Shown here one piece after another: positions 63,633 through 64,000 of a stretch of DNA of 64,000 bases. How positions within the stretch are numbered: the stretch's first letter is position 1; each line of letters begins with the position of its first letter. A program made the translations under genes and the position numbers. The DNA comes from a virus (Duplodnaviria; Caudoviricetes). Below the pieces are notes generated by a model, which saw only the letters and a list, made by a program, of their open reading frames with translations, had not been told where the DNA came from and made no database searches. Location of the stretch: the IMG/VR virus record IMGVR_UViG_3300029288_003518, positions 1-64,000 of that record, one strand, 5' to 3'.

Positions 63633-64000
63633 TTATGCTCCTATAACTCCAGATGGATATGCTGAGTAGAAATAACCGGTATGTATTGGAAGATACCAAG
63701 AAAATCCAGATATCGTTGGATTCCACACTTCTACCGGATCACCCACCCAAAGATCGTCACTATCACCTATGCCTCCGCATTGCCATTTATCGTATATTCC
63801 ACTTGCCTTAGGATCCCATATATGAGGGAGAAAATCATACCCATTGGTCTTTTCGTCTACCCCATCCCAATAACTCTCATCACAAATTATGTTTCCAAAG
63901 AATATGGGATTATGATCATACACTTCATTAGCGTAATCCACAAGTTTGGTCCCTATGGCATGTCCTTCAGAATTAAGTAAATTACTTGGGTAACTTGGGT
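63633..64000 (-). CDS. putative virion protein, 5'-truncated by the window edge
   Basis: Frame stays open upstream of GTG 63941 to the edge (PSYPSNLLNSEGHAIGTKL). Confidence 0.65.
   Translation of the reverse strand, partial: PSYPSNLLNSEGHAIGTKLVDYANEVYDHNPIFFGNIICDESYWDGVDEKTNGYDFLPHIWDPKASGIYDKWQCGGIGDSDDLWVGDPVEVWNPTISGFSWYLPIHTGYFYSAYPSGVIGA

Noticed and set aside
1-64000. Stop-codon reassignment
   Set aside because: Genes are full length in code 11, and TAA, TAG and TGA all end well-coupled genes. I noticed only one isolated internal stop (4432).

Overview
A gene-dense, AT-rich 64-kb segment of a large tailed dsDNA bacteriophage genome in the standard genetic code. The host cannot be identified from sequence alone. 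(1) 1-11.6 kb, + strand: RecA-like recombinase, two MazG-like proteins, SpoVG, many small Zn-finger and Lys-rich ORFs, a radical SAM protein, a NusG paralog and rmlA/rmlB. (2) 11.6-44.5 kb, - strand, in transcription order: a tmRNA whose tag frame is open for 52 codons, a DnaG-DnaB primase-helicase, then a 17-kb run of glycosyltransferase, sugar-aminotransferase, acetyltransferase and methyltransferase genes. This run leads directly into a 2,348-aa fibre gene built largely of Ser-Gly-Tyr/Ile repeats, followed by small membrane genes, an epimerase-reductase, RusA and a sigma factor. (3) 45.8-64 kb, - strand: putative virion proteins, including a tail spike with two duplicated beta-helix domains. 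The best candidate for a new system is a phage-encoded, Ser-Gly-directed protein O-glycosylation pathway that coats the virion. Ser-Gly motifs ([P/A/S]SG[Y/I/V/F]) are amplified hundreds of times in the fibre, are enriched in several other structural proteins, and are rare in the replication enzymes checked. All protein family assignments come from motif recognition by eye; no database searches were run.
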